Origin: an uncultured Solirubrobacterales bacterium
GTDB lineage: Bacteria > Actinomycetota > Thermoleophilia > Solirubrobacterales > Solirubrobacteraceae
Length of the DNA: 64,000 bases
Assembly (NCBI GenBank): GCA_963724305.1
Contig: CAVRUG010000004.1
Coordinates: 1,437,640-1,501,639 of the forward strand
Direction of reading: 5' to 3'
Shown here: positions 51,293-61,689 of the stretch, one piece after another
How positions within the stretch are numbered: the stretch's first letter is position 1
Layout of the letters: the number at the start of each line of letters is the position of its first letter
Notes under the pieces: model-generated
Databases searched by the model: none
What the model was told of the DNA's origin: nothing
Seen by the model: only the letters and a program-made list of their open reading frames with translations
Translations under genes and position numbers: made by a program

Positions 51293-52587
51293 ATGGCCGA
51301 GGAGACCGCAGAGCAGGCCGCCACAAGGGTGCAGGAGGCCGCCGCCAACATCCATCCCACTGGCACGCCGAGGGAACGGATCTCGGGGGACCAGACTGGG
51401 ATGAGCGAAGCCGAGACGGTGGCGCGCCGCTACTTCGAGGCGATCAACGCCCACGACCTCGACGGCGCCGTGGCGCTGTGGGCCGTCGGCGGACGCGAGA
51501 ACGTGCGCGGACAGATCGATGCCGCGGCGCCCGAGGGTGTGCGGACGTTCATCGGCGACATGCTGGGGGCGATGCCCGACGTGCGCTTCGAGATCCTGAG
51601 CACCACCACCGAAGGCGAGCGCTGCGCCTTGCAGTGGCGGCTGACCGGCACGTTCGTCGGCCCTGGCAGGTTCAACGGACTGACCCCCACCAGCCATCCC
51701 CTGACGTTCGAAGGCGTCGATCTGCTGACGGTGCGCGATGGGCTGGTGCAAGGCAACGACGCCTTCCCCGACTCGATGGCGGTGCCACGTCAGATCGGGA
51801 TGCTGCCGCCCAGGGCTCCACCGCCGAACAGCGGATGATGGGCGCGTTCAACGTCAAAACAAGTATGACCGAGCGGATGCTCTCCGAGCCGGAGCTGGTC
51901 GCCGAGGGCGTGTGGGTGGTGCAGGGCAGCTGGCCGGGCCGCTGCAACGTCTACCTGATCGAGGACGAGGGTGGCGTCACGTTGTTCGACGCGGGCGCCC
52001 GCACGATGGTGCGCGCGGTCGCCGCCGGCGCCGCGAAGCTCGGCGGCATCCGCCGCGTGGTGCTCGGCCACGGCCACACCGATCACCGCGGCACCGCCCC
52101 CGCATTGGGAGTGCCGGTGTACTGCCACCCCAACGAGGTGCAGGACACCGAAGGCAGCGGCGGCTTTCGCTACTGGCCGGAGGGCCTCGCCACCCTGCCC
52201 ACCCCCCAGCGCCAGCTCCACCGCGCGATGCACCGCTTCGCGTGGGACGGCGGCCCGGTGAAGGTGGCGGGCACGCTCGCGGAGGGCGACGAGGTGGCGG
52301 GCTTCAAGGTGATCGACCTCCCCGGCCACGCCCCCGGCCTGATCGGGCTGTGGCGCGAATCCGACCGCCTCGCGCTGGCGAGCGACACCTTCTACACCGT
52401 GGACATGTGGGGACGCGACCGCGAGCCCAGGGTGACCGACTCCGTCTACAACTACGACACCGAGCAGGCCCGTGCCAGCATCCGCAAGCTGGCCGCCCTA
52501 GAGCCCGCCGTGGCGTGGGTCGGCCACGCCAAGCCGGCCACAGGCGACGTACGTGGGCAGTTGGAACGTGCGGTCAACGCCACGTGA
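51293..52587 (+). CDS. SnoaL-like (ester cyclase) + MBL-fold fusion; frameshift near 51810
   Basis: ARRYFEAINAHDLD...WRLTGT...FEGVD in one frame continues into GHGHTDHRG, LPGHAPG and GHA in another; GGAG RBS. Confidence 0.75.
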
Positions 52588-52603
52588 GGCCGAGCGGCCG
52601 GCG

Positions 52604-52670
52604 CGTAGTTCATGCGTCTTCCTGTAGTTCATGCGTCCTCCCGTAGTGCATGCGTCTTCCCGTAGTTCAT
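52604..52670. repeat. ~19-bp tandem repeat x4
   Basis: cgtagttcatgcgtcttcc-like units. Confidence 0.75.
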
Positions 52671-52960
52671 CCGTTTTGCCAGGGCACCCAATTGGCTAGG
52701 GGCCCAGACCAACTCATTAGTACCTAGACGCACTAATTGGTTAGGGGCCGAGAGAAAGATCATTCATCTCCGAGCCCAACCAATAATCAGTTGTCCGTCG
52801 GTCACGCCGAAATTGGTTAGAGCGCGGAAAGAGAAGACTCCCAAGCACAACCCCACCACCCGCTGCCGACCCGTCCAACCCACCACCCGCTGCCGACCCG
52901 TCCACCGCCTGCCCGCCGTCCACCGTTCGGCCGTCCGCGGCGTGGGGATACCCTTCGGCG

Positions 52961-53329
52961 GTGGCGAAACGCAAGCCCAAACAGCGGCCGCAGCGGCTGA
53001 AAGCCCCGAGCAGCGACTACGCCGACGTGGAGGGCAACGTGCTGACGCTTCGCGGCGCGATGACGCCCGCCACGCGGGTCAAGTACGCCGAAACCCTCGC
53101 AGGCGAGGACGCCCGGGCGGCGAGCACGCGCGAGGACACCTGGCAGCGGGCGGTGGAGCTGCTGTTTGAGCACCTCGCGGTGCGCTGGACGATCGCGGGC
53201 GCGCCGATCGAGCGCCAACGGGAGCTGCTAGATCGCTTCCGCGTCGCCAGCCCCGCGGAGCGCACATGGGTGCGCGAAACACTACGCGAGCACTGCGCTG
53301 AGAACTTTCCCGACGTCCAAGCGCCGTAA
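52961..53329 (+). CDS. Hypothetical protein (122 aa)
   Basis: Host-like codon usage; directly upstream of pyk. Confidence 0.7.
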   Translation: MAKRKPKQRPQRLKAPSSDYADVEGNVLTLRGAMTPATRVKYAETLAGEDARAASTREDTWQRAVELLFEHLAVRWTIAGAPIERQRELLDRFRVASPAERTWVRETLREHCAENFPDVQAP

Positions 53330-53361
53330 GAGCACGCGCGGCCGCTACCGTGGCGTGCGAC

Positions 53362-54771
53362 ATGCGCCGCACGAAGATCGTCGCCACCATCGGCCCCGCC
53401 TCGCGCGAGCCGGAGACCCTGCTGCGGATGGTCAACGCCGGGATGGACGTGGCGCGGCTGAACTACTCGCATGGGACGCTGGAGGAGCACGCAGAGACCG
53501 TGAGGCGCGTGCGCGACGCCGCCGGGCGGGCGGGGCGGCCGGTGGCGATTCTGCAGGACCTGCCCGGCCCGAAGCTCCGCATCGGCCCGCTGCGCGAAGG
53601 CGTGGTGGAGCTGAAGCCGGGCGAGCGCGTCACCTTCTCCTGCGGCGAGGAAGATGGGGAAGGGGACGCGCGCCACATGTCGATCTCCTGGCCGGGCCTC
53701 GCCGACGCGCTGCAACCGGAGGAGGTGATCTACCTCGCCGACGGCTCGGTGAGGCTGCGGGTGGTGGAGGTGCGCGCGGGCGCCCACGAGGTCGAGGCGG
53801 AGATCGAGGTGGGCGGCGCGGTGGCCTCGCGCCAGGGCCTCAACATCCCCGGCCCGGTGGACCTGCTACCGGCGGTGCCCGAGGAGGACCTCGAGCTGCT
53901 GCGCCACGGCGAGTCGATCGGGGTGGACATGGTGGCGCTGTCGTTCGTGCGCCGCCCGGAGGACATCGAGCAGGTGCGCGAGCACACGCGGCTGCCGCTG
54001 ATCGCGAAGATGGAGAAGCCCCAAGCGGTGGAGCGCGCCGAGGAGATAGTGCGAGCGGCCGACTGCGTGATGGTCGCACGCGGCGATCTCGGCATCGAGC
54101 TGCCAATCGAGAAAGTGCCGCTGGTGCAGAAGGAGCTGCTACGCCTCGCGGGATGGCTGGCGCGGCCATCGATCACCGCGACGCAGATGCTCGACTCGAT
54201 GGTCACCTCCTCGCGACCCACGCGCGCTGAGGTCGCGGACGTGGCGAACGCGATCCTCGACGGCACCGACGCGGTGATGCTCTCGCAGGAGACCGCGGTC
54301 GGCGCCTACCCGGTGGAGGCGATCGCGATGATGGCGTCGGTCGCCGAACAGGCCGAGTCGATCGCCCCGTACGAGGAGTGGAACGCCTCACGCGTGCGCC
54401 GCACCGAATCCGACCCCGCCTACACGCTGGCGCACAGCCTCTGCATCGCGGTGCGCGAGCTGGGCCTGGCGGCGCTGGTGGTGCCGACGCTCTCCGGCCG
54501 CTCCGCCCGCCTGGTATCGGCGCACCGCCCGACAGTGCCGATCTATGCGCTCTCCCCCGGCCGCGAGACTGTCCGCCGCTGCGGACTGATGTGGGGCGTG
54601 CAGGCCGCCTCGATGCACCGCCACGAGACCACCGAGGAGCTGATCGCCGAATCTGCCAAGCGCGTGGTGGAGCTCGGCTGGTGCAAGCGGGGCCAGCGCG
54701 TGGGCATCACCGCCGGTCTGCCGAGCGGGCGGCCGGGGACGACCAGCCTCGTGCAGATTCAGGTGCTTTAG
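53362..54771 (+). CDS. pyk: Pyruvate kinase
   Basis: RRTKIVATIGPAS, DLPGPKLR, IAKME, MVARGDLG, ATQMLDSM. Confidence 0.96.
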   Translation: MRRTKIVATIGPASREPETLLRMVNAGMDVARLNYSHGTLEEHAETVRRVRDAAGRAGRPVAILQDLPGPKLRIGPLREGVVELKPGERVTFSCGEEDGEGDARHMSISWPGLADALQPEEVIYLADGSVRLRVVEVRAGAHEVEAEIEVGGAVASRQGLNIPGPVDLLPAVPEEDLELLRHGESIGVDMVALSFVRRPEDIEQVREHTRLPLIAKMEKPQAVERAEEIVRAADCVMVARGDLGIELPIEKVPLVQKELLRLAGWLARPSITATQMLDSMVTSSRPTRAEVADVANAILDGTDAVMLSQETAVGAYPVEAIAMMASVAEQAESIAPYEEWNASRVRRTESDPAYTLAHSLCIAVRELGLAALVVPTLSGRSARLVSAHRPTVPIYALSPGRETVRRCGLMWGVQAASMHRHETTEELIAESAKRVVELGWCKRGQRVGITAGLPSGRPGTTSLVQIQVL

Positions 54772-54849
54772 CGGGGGATCGTCCGCGCGCGCGGTTGACC
54801 CGGCCACCGGCCCAGGGGCAGGGCCTCCATGCCCTGCCACGAGCGCGAG

Positions 54850-56250
54850 CTACGAGGCCGCGCCGACGCCGCCCCGCGCGTAGAACTCAGCCTCTTCGCG
54901 CCCCAACTCGGTGACGGGCGGATCGCCGTAGATCCACTCGCGCGCGATCCGGTGCCAGTTGGCGCCGGCGCGCAGCTGCGAGAGCACCGCGAGGGTCAGC
55001 ATCTCCATGCGCCGGCCGAACAGATGCTCGGCGCGCATGTCCTGGTGGCGCATGTGGCGGAAGTGGCGCGAGCGCGGGTCGGAGCTCTCGATCATCACCT
55101 CGGTGGCGATCTCCGGCGTGAGCGCGAACACCTCATCCCTCGTGTACCAGCCGATCCCATCCTCGATGAACTCCAGCAGCTCCTCGGGATCCACGCGCTC
55201 GGGCTGAGGCAGGAAGCCCGACTGCGCCAGCAGCCCGTGCAGCGCAAGCGCGTCGTGCTCGATCACCGCGCGCTGCGCCGCCAGCTCCAGTTCCACCGGC
55301 GGCGGGTCGAGGCGCTTGAAGAGGCCGAAGTCGAGGAACGCCACCCGCCCGTCGCCCAGCAGCATGAAGTTGCCGGGGTGGGGGTCGCCGGAGAACTGGT
55401 GGTGGCGGTAGAGACAGCCGAGGAAGAAGCGGAACACAATCTCCCCGATGCGATCGCGTTGGGCCTGCGGGTAGCCCTTGAGCTCCTCGAAGCCCACCCC
55501 CTCGACGAGCTCGGTCACGAGCACCCGCTCACGCGATAGCTCGGTGATCACGTCAGGAATCTTGATGAACGGGTGCCCGTTGAAGATGCGCCCCAGCGAA
55601 CGCTGGTTCTGGGCCTCCAGCTCGTAGTCGAGCTCCTCGCCGATCCGTTCCCTGATCTCCCGCGCCACGGCGCGCACGTCCAGCTGCGGGGTCATCCGCT
55701 TGAGCAGGCGCATGATCATCTCCAGGTTCTGCATGTCGGCGCGCACCGCCGTCGCCACCCCGGGGTACTGCACCTTCACGGCGACCTCGCGGCCGTCATC
55801 GCGCAACCGCGCGCGGTACACCTGCCCGATCGAGGCCGCCGCGATCGGCTGCTCGTCGAAGGACTCGAACACTGCGGGGATCCGCTCTTCGAGGTCGTCC
55901 TCGATCACCTTGCGCATCTGCTTGAACGACACGGTGGGCGCCGCGTCGCGCAGCTTCGCCAGCTCGTGCTGGAATTCCTCGCGGTACTCCTCCGGCACCA
56001 ACCCGACGTCCAGGAAGGACATCACCTGGCCAAGCTTCATCGCCGCACCCTTCATCGTGCCCAGTACCGACACGATCTGCTTGGCGGTCTCGACCTGACG
56101 GCGCGCCAGCGCCTCCTGGCTGGCCTGCTCGCCGCGCGTCACGTTGGCCGCGCGCGTACCGAACTGCTTCACGGTCTCCGTGGCCGCCAGCTTCCCCACC
56201 GTCGCCGTGCGGCGCACCCTCGATGTCGGGACCTTCTTCTCGCGGGCCAC
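54850..56250 (-). CDS. ABC1/UbiB/AarF atypical kinase
   Basis: MKLGQ, AAASIGQV, VAVKVQYPG, DPHPGN, LDFG. Confidence 0.92.
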   Translation of the reverse strand: MAREKKVPTSRVRRTATVGKLAATETVKQFGTRAANVTRGEQASQEALARRQVETAKQIVSVLGTMKGAAMKLGQVMSFLDVGLVPEEYREEFQHELAKLRDAAPTVSFKQMRKVIEDDLEERIPAVFESFDEQPIAAASIGQVYRARLRDDGREVAVKVQYPGVATAVRADMQNLEMIMRLLKRMTPQLDVRAVAREIRERIGEELDYELEAQNQRSLGRIFNGHPFIKIPDVITELSRERVLVTELVEGVGFEELKGYPQAQRDRIGEIVFRFFLGCLYRHHQFSGDPHPGNFMLLGDGRVAFLDFGLFKRLDPPPVELELAAQRAVIEHDALALHGLLAQSGFLPQPERVDPEELLEFIEDGIGWYTRDEVFALTPEIATEVMIESSDPRSRHFRHMRHQDMRAEHLFGRRMEMLTLAVLSQLRAGANWHRIAREWIYGDPPVTELGREEAEFYARGGVGAAS

Positions 56251-56369
56251 GCCACCATCTTATGGGCGGGCGGTGCGACCCCGGGTGTTTGCCCTGCTGG
56301 CGGGGCAGGCGCCACCCTAGGTGTTTGACCCACTGGCGGGGTGGGCACTTGACCCGCTGGCGGGGCGGG

Positions 56370-57182
56370 CTACCCCAGACGCTTGACCTGCGAGCCGGGC
56401 ACGATGTCGTCCGAGCCGTCCGACCAGCGCACCCATGCCTTGTAGCCGCCGTCGTAGTCGCCGCACAGCAGCACCAGCGTGGCGGGCTCGCCGAGGGCCG
56501 TGCAGCGGTCGGAGCCCTCGCCGTCGAGGCCACGCCACACGCGGATGAACGGGTTGTGCTCCCACTCCTCGGCCACCGAGGTGGGGTCGGCGTGGCCGGG
56601 CTGGATGACCGTCTCCGGCGGCAACTCCATCAACGTGCCCATGATCGAGTCCTTCAGGTCGGTGTAGGTGGTGTGGCCGGGGGCTCTCACCCCGCCGACC
56701 GATCCGCGGAAGAGCGTGTCCCCGGTGAACACCGCCCCTTCCCGGCCCGTGAACCCACCCGGTGCGGTGGTCGAGGACGGACGCACGTGCCCGTCGGGCA
56801 CGCACACAGCGAACGACAGCATCCCCGCCGTGTGCCCGGGCGTCAGCAGCGGGCGCACCTCAAGCGTGCCGAAGTGCAGCGCCTGCCCCGGCTCGATGGC
56901 GGCGGTCGCCACACCCTCCCCCAACAGCTCCTGTTCGACCGGGTGGATCACCACCTCGAGCTTCGGCCAGCGCTCGCGCAGCGCCCCCACCTCGCTGACG
57001 TGGTCGAAGTGGTGGTGGGTGAGCAGCACGTGCGTGGGCGTCACCCCCAGACGCTCGGCCGCCTCGATCAGCGGGCCCACCGGCCCGCCCGCGTCCACGA
57101 AGAACGCCGGCCCACCCTCCCCGTCGTACACCAGGTAGGTGTTCGACAGGAACTGCGGATGCGTTGCACGCTCAACTATCAC
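56370..57182 (-). CDS. MBL-fold hydrolase (glyoxalase II-like)
   Basis: LTHHHFDH, TPGHT, FTGDTLF, PGH; divergent from glyoxalase I. Confidence 0.88.
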   Translation of the reverse strand: MIVERATHPQFLSNTYLVYDGEGGPAFFVDAGGPVGPLIEAAERLGVTPTHVLLTHHHFDHVSEVGALRERWPKLEVVIHPVEQELLGEGVATAAIEPGQALHFGTLEVRPLLTPGHTAGMLSFAVCVPDGHVRPSSTTAPGGFTGREGAVFTGDTLFRGSVGGVRAPGHTTYTDLKDSIMGTLMELPPETVIQPGHADPTSVAEEWEHNPFIRVWRGLDGEGSDRCTALGEPATLVLLCGDYDGGYKAWVRWSDGSDDIVPGSQVKRLG

Positions 57183-57305
57183 GCCGCCTCCATCCCCACG
57201 ATCATCGGGCCATCCTTGCACGAAGCGGCGTGCGGGGAGGCGCCGCCCGTCGCGGCGACGACACGCGCCCACACGCGCGGCGAGTCAGCCCATACACTGG
57301 CGTCC

Positions 57306-57683
57306 ATGCCCCTCATCCACACCTGCTACCGCATCACCGATATCGACCGCTCGATCGCCTTCTACAACGCGCTCGGGTTCGAGGAGGTCGGGCGCATCCC
57401 GATCAAAGACGAGGCGATCAACGTCTTCATGAACCAGCCCGGCGACGGCGACATGCCCCGGCTGGAGCTGACCTACAACTTCGGCGTCAACTCTTACGAG
57501 ATCGGCACCGGCTACGGCCACATCGCGATCACTTCATCCGATCTCGACGCGACGCTTGCGCGGCTTGCCGAGCAGGGCATCGAGCCCGAGAAGCCGCCGT
57601 ACAGCGTCCGCGAGGGGGGCTCGCGGCTTTGCTTCGTGCGCGATCCCGACGGGTATCGGATCGAGATCATCGAGATGCCTTGA
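57306..57683 (+). CDS. gloA: Lactoylglutathione lyase / VOC family
   Basis: IHTCYRI, LELTYN, GYGHIAI, DPDGYRIE. Confidence 0.85.
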   Translation: MPLIHTCYRITDIDRSIAFYNALGFEEVGRIPIKDEAINVFMNQPGDGDMPRLELTYNFGVNSYEIGTGYGHIAITSSDLDATLARLAEQGIEPEKPPYSVREGGSRLCFVRDPDGYRIEIIEMP

Positions 57684-57779
57684 CGACCGGTGGCAGCTCG
57701 CGGCTCTCTCGCTCGACCTCGGACAGGAAGAACTTGAATCCTGTCGCGTTGAACTCGAAAGCGCCCTCGATGCGATTCC

Positions 57780-57995
57780 TCAGCGCGCGTAGATCGCAGG
57801 ACGGTAGCGCGGCTCGGGAATCGGCCGGCCGGCTTCCTGTGCAACGGCAAGCCAGGCTCGTTTGGCCTGTTCGACCTCAGCCAGGGCCTCCTCGGCGCTT
57901 GAGCCGAATGCAGAACACGCCTCCAGGTCCGGGATGTCGGCCACGTAGGCCCCATCCTCCTCGCTGTAGAAAACGTTGATGTGGTAGTCACTCAT
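57780..57995 (-). CDS. hicB: HicB family antitoxin
   Basis: EEDGAYVADIPDL...FGSSAEEA...GRPIPEP. Confidence 0.9.
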   Translation of the reverse strand: MSDYHINVFYSEEDGAYVADIPDLEACSAFGSSAEEALAEVEQAKRAWLAVAQEAGRPIPEPRYRPAIYAR

Positions 57996-58248
57996 GACCT
58001 GTCCCTAGTTTGAGATCGTAGCGCTCGACAAGTCTCAGGAGTTGGCGGACTTGGTATGGCTTGGCTTGCCCCCGCACCGACTGAAGATTGATGATCTGTG
58101 GGATGTCGGGATGCGCGAAGACGTGATGGCTTCCGCTGACACGGCGCAACTCGAAGCCAAGTCCCTCCGCAAGGTTGCACAGGTCGGCAAAGGCCACGTT
58201 GGTCACCGCACCGCGCGCGAGCCGCACGAGGAGCTTCCGCTCGTCCAT
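57988..58248 (-). CDS. hicA: HicA family toxin
   Basis: GFELRRVSGSHHVF...AKPYQVRQ. Confidence 0.9.
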   Translation of the reverse strand: MDERKLLVRLARGAVTNVAFADLCNLAEGLGFELRRVSGSHHVFAHPDIPQIINLQSVRGQAKPYQVRQLLRLVERYDLKLGTGHE

Positions 58249-58329
58249 AAGAAGCACGGTAACCCCAGCTTGGGACGGGACAGATCACCGCACAGCGGTG
58301 TAGCACCGCGTGGCGCTAGCCTCGCGTGA

Positions 58330-59499
58330 ATGGAACTTGGACTCGCCACCTTCGCCGACCTGCCGCTCGGAGCAGACGCGCCCCACGCGGCGCGGCGGCT
58401 GCGGGAGCTGCTGGAGGAGATCGAGCTCGCCGACCAGCTCGGGCTCGAAGTGTTTGGGGTCGGCGAGCACCATCGGCCCGACTACGCGGTGTCCGCGCCG
58501 CCGATCGCGCTGGCTGCCGCGGCGGCGCGCACGCAGCGCATCCGTTTGAGCAGCGCCGTCACGGTACTCAGCTCGGCCGATCCGGTGAGGGTGTTCCAGG
58601 ACTTCGCCACGCTCGACCTGATCTCCGGGGGGCGCGCGGAGATCATGGCTGGTAGGGGGTCCTTCACGGAGTCGTTTCCGCTGTACGGCTTCGACCTCGA
58701 CGACTACGACGAGCTGTTTGCGGAGAAGCTCGAGCTGCTGCTGGCGCTGCGCTCCTCCGAGCGCGTCACCTGGTCGGGGCGGCACCGGGCAGCTTTGCAC
58801 GACGTGGGTGTGTATCCGCGCCCACTGCAAAACCCACTGCCGGTGTGGATCGCCGTTGGTGGGACACCGGCATCGGTGGCGCGCGCGGGGATGCTGGGGC
58901 TGCCGTTGATGATCGCGATCATCGGTGGGCCGCCCGCGCGGTTTGCGCCGCTGGTCGAGCTCTACCACCGGGCCGTCGCTCAGGGTCAGGCCCTGGCCGA
59001 CGCGGAGGGGACGCGGAAAGACGGTGCCGCAGGGACCACCGCACCGGTGCCGGGCCGCGACGAAGACGCGGCCGATCGTGCCGGAGCGCACGGCAAGGCG
59101 AAGGATGCCCCCGCCAACCCAGCGGCGCCCGCCGTCGGGGTCAACTCGCACACCTACCTCGCCCCCACCTCACAACGAGCGGCCGACGAGTACTTCCCCG
59201 CCTACTCGCAGGTGATGAACCGCATCGGGCGCGAGCGGGGCTGGCCGCCGATGGCGCGCGCCCAGTTCGATGCGGCGTGCGGCCCCGAGGGGCATCTGCT
59301 CGTGGGGAGCCCACAGCAGGTGGTGGAGAAGATCCTCGCCGAGCACGAGCTGTTCGGGCACGACCGCTTCCTCGCACAGGTCAGCATCGGAGCGCTGCCG
59401 CACACGCGGGCAATGCGCGCGATCGAGCTGTTCGGCAGCGAGGTCGCGCCAGCCGTGCGCGAGGCGCTCGCCACGCGCCCCACCAGCTCTATGCAGTGA
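58330..59499 (+). CDS. LLM class flavin-dependent oxidoreductase
   Basis: [38 protein letters not shown]; contains a low-complexity insert of ~45 aa. Confidence 0.9.
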   Translation: MELGLATFADLPLGADAPHAARRLRELLEEIELADQLGLEVFGVGEHHRPDYAVSAPPIALAAAAARTQRIRLSSAVTVLSSADPVRVFQDFATLDLISGGRAEIMAGRGSFTESFPLYGFDLDDYDELFAEKLELLLALRSSERVTWSGRHRAALHDVGVYPRPLQNPLPVWIAVGGTPASVARAGMLGLPLMIAIIGGPPARFAPLVELYHRAVAQGQALADAEGTRKDGAAGTTAPVPGRDEDAADRAGAHGKAKDAPANPAAPAVGVNSHTYLAPTSQRAADEYFPAYSQVMNRIGRERGWPPMARAQFDAACGPEGHLLVGSPQQVVEKILAEHELFGHDRFLAQVSIGALPHTRAMRAIELFGSEVAPAVREALATRPTSSMQ

Positions 59500-60202
59500 C
59501 CGGACGCCGCTCCTCGACGCCGTCGAGCAGCTGCCAGTTGCCCTCCAGCGCAGCTTGAGCGCGGGCAAGCATACGCTCGCCGACGGCATCGCGCTCCTGC
59601 GCGTCCGCGGGCAGCAGCTGCTCGATCAGCTCGCGCGCCTGGCGGGCGTGCTCGACGTCGAGCTTGGCGTGCAGCGTGAAGTACGCCGCCCCCAGGGAGT
59701 CCTCCGGCACTCCGTAGTGGGTCGCCAGGCCCTCCAGCTTGGTGGTCGAGATCGCCGGCTGGCTGGCCTCCACGGTGTACAGCACCGCCAGATGCTCCAG
59801 CAGGTCCTCGCCCGCGGTCCACGACTCCACGCATGTGCACGTCTGCGCCAGCGGCTCTGCGCTCGCGCCTAGCGATCCCGAGCTGACACCCGTGCGCCGG
59901 TCTTCCAGCCGGGGCCGGGTCTCCTCGGGAATTCCCACCACCCGGGCAAACTGCTCCCACAGCTCCACGTGGCTCTCCTCCTCGGCGGCGTGGCGGGCGA
60001 GGCCGGCGGCGTGTTGAGGGCCCGCCTGCTCCGCGGCCAGTCGCGATGCCCGCGCCAGCGCGCGCACCGCGTGGCCGTACTCGCCGGCGTAAAGCTCAAG
60101 CTCGCCGTCCTGCAGCTCGCCCGCACTCCAGCGCTGGTAGAAGGGGTGTTCGAGCACGTTGGTGCGCCTGCGCGCCTCGTCGAGCTGGGCGAAGATATCC
60201 AT
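59489..60202 (-). CDS. PqqC/CADD-like heme-oxygenase-fold diiron enzyme
   Basis: [30 protein letters not shown]. Confidence 0.82.
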   Translation of the reverse strand: MDIFAQLDEARRRTNVLEHPFYQRWSAGELQDGELELYAGEYGHAVRALARASRLAAEQAGPQHAAGLARHAAEEESHVELWEQFARVVGIPEETRPRLEDRRTGVSSGSLGASAEPLAQTCTCVESWTAGEDLLEHLAVLYTVEASQPAISTTKLEGLATHYGVPEDSLGAAYFTLHAKLDVEHARQARELIEQLLPADAQERDAVGERMLARAQAALEGNWQLLDGVEERRPVTA

Positions 60203-60372
60203 CGCGGGTCAACTCCCTTCCGTCGGCTTTGGTGTTCGTTGGTGGGCGTGAGCGTGGTACTGCAAGGGCGACCGCTCCGTGGCCGCTCCGTCGCCGGCCG
60301 CCGTATCTCGGTGGACCGCCGCTGGCATCGTACGCCCGCGGACGGTCGCCCGCGCTACGCTTCCGGCGAGCG

Positions 60373-60711
60373 ATGGCGGACACCGGCAAAATCGCCAAGA
60401 ACCTCGAGCGCTTTGCCCAGGCGGTGGCGGCGCACGACCGCGAGAATCCTACGCACACCGCGCACGGCATCGGTCTCGCTCACTTCGACATGGAGCGGCT
60501 GGGCTTCGAGGAGGGCGAGGAGATCCTCCCCGGCATCACGATCCACGCCGACAGCGGCGTCACCGGCAACTTCCGCGTGCTGTGCGACGGGCAGCACGAT
60601 GAAGAGCGCGAGGAGTCCGAGGCGGAGGTGGTCGAGGCCGTCGCCACCCAGATGGTCCCCGCCACACCGGGCGAGGCGGGCGAGCCTCGATTCCGCCCGT
60701 TCGGCGAGTAG
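60373..60711 (+). CDS. Hypothetical protein (112 aa)
   Basis: MADTGKIAKNLERF...; GC3-rich codons. Confidence 0.65.
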   Translation: MADTGKIAKNLERFAQAVAAHDRENPTHTAHGIGLAHFDMERLGFEEGEEILPGITIHADSGVTGNFRVLCDGQHDEEREESEAEVVEAVATQMVPATPGEAGEPRFRPFGE

Positions 60712-60716
60712 CTCGC

Positions 60717-61628
60717 TCAGCGCGCGGGGATCGGGGCGGGGACGCCCACGCGCTTGGCGATCATCCTCACCAACCGCACGATCGTCGGGCACTCCACGCC
60801 GTGGCGGGCCGCCGCGCGCAGCACCGCCCCGGGGATCGCGTCCAGCTCGGGGGGACGGCCGGCGGCGATGTCGCGTTGCATCGAGCTGCCCAGCGTGGGG
60901 TGCGCGGCGCTCAGTTCGCCCAGCGGGTCGGCCACGTCGATGCTCGCTCCCTCGGCCGCCGCCACCGCACAGCCCTCCTCGATTGCGCCCACCAGCTCGG
61001 CGCGCAGCTCCGGCGTGGTGAGGATCTCGCCCAGCAGCTTGTCGAACGCGCTGGTGGTGCACGCCAGCGCGTTGAGGCGCACCAGCTTGCCCCACAGCAC
61101 CTGCGGCTCGGACTCCTCCACGCGCGCGGGGATCCCCGCCGCCTCCAGCTTCGCCGCCAGCGCCTCCATCCCCGGCCGCGCCGCCGGGTAGGCGGAGGCC
61201 ATGTCGATGCGCAGGAAGGGACTGGTGTGCACCACCGTGCCCGACTCGGGACGGTCGGCCTCAACGCGGATCGTGCCCGCCACCACCGTCTGCTCGCCGA
61301 AGCGCTCGCGCAGCACCGTGACGTGATCGAGGCCGTTGAGCAGCGGCACCACCAGCGCAGGTGGGGCGGCGATGCGCGCCAGTGCCTCCTGCAGACCGGT
61401 CGCCTTGGTTGCCACCACCAGCGTCTCCACCGGCTCCTCCAGGCGTGCCACCACGTGGGGGTGGGCGACGAAGTCGCCGAGTCGTACGGAGCTCACCCGC
61501 AGGCCGCGCGCAGCGATCAGCTCCGCGGTGGACTCGCGCGCGACCAGCGTGACCGGGGTGCCAGCACGGTCGAGCGCGCCCGCCACCAAACCGCCCACGC
61601 CGCCGGGGCCCAGCACGGCGATCGTCAT
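60717..61628 (-). CDS. panE: 2-dehydropantoate 2-reductase
   Basis: IAVLGPGGVGG, ATK, LNG, WGKL, SSMQRD...ELD. Confidence 0.9.
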   Translation of the reverse strand: MTIAVLGPGGVGGLVAGALDRAGTPVTLVARESTAELIAARGLRVSSVRLGDFVAHPHVVARLEEPVETLVVATKATGLQEALARIAAPPALVVPLLNGLDHVTVLRERFGEQTVVAGTIRVEADRPESGTVVHTSPFLRIDMASAYPAARPGMEALAAKLEAAGIPARVEESEPQVLWGKLVRLNALACTTSAFDKLLGEILTTPELRAELVGAIEEGCAVAAAEGASIDVADPLGELSAAHPTLGSSMQRDIAAGRPPELDAIPGAVLRAAARHGVECPTIVRLVRMIAKRVGVPAPIPAR

Positions 61629-61689
61629 GGGACATCCCCCCAGGCTCCCGCCGCCGACCCGGCATGGGAGGCTGCCATCGCCGCCAGCC

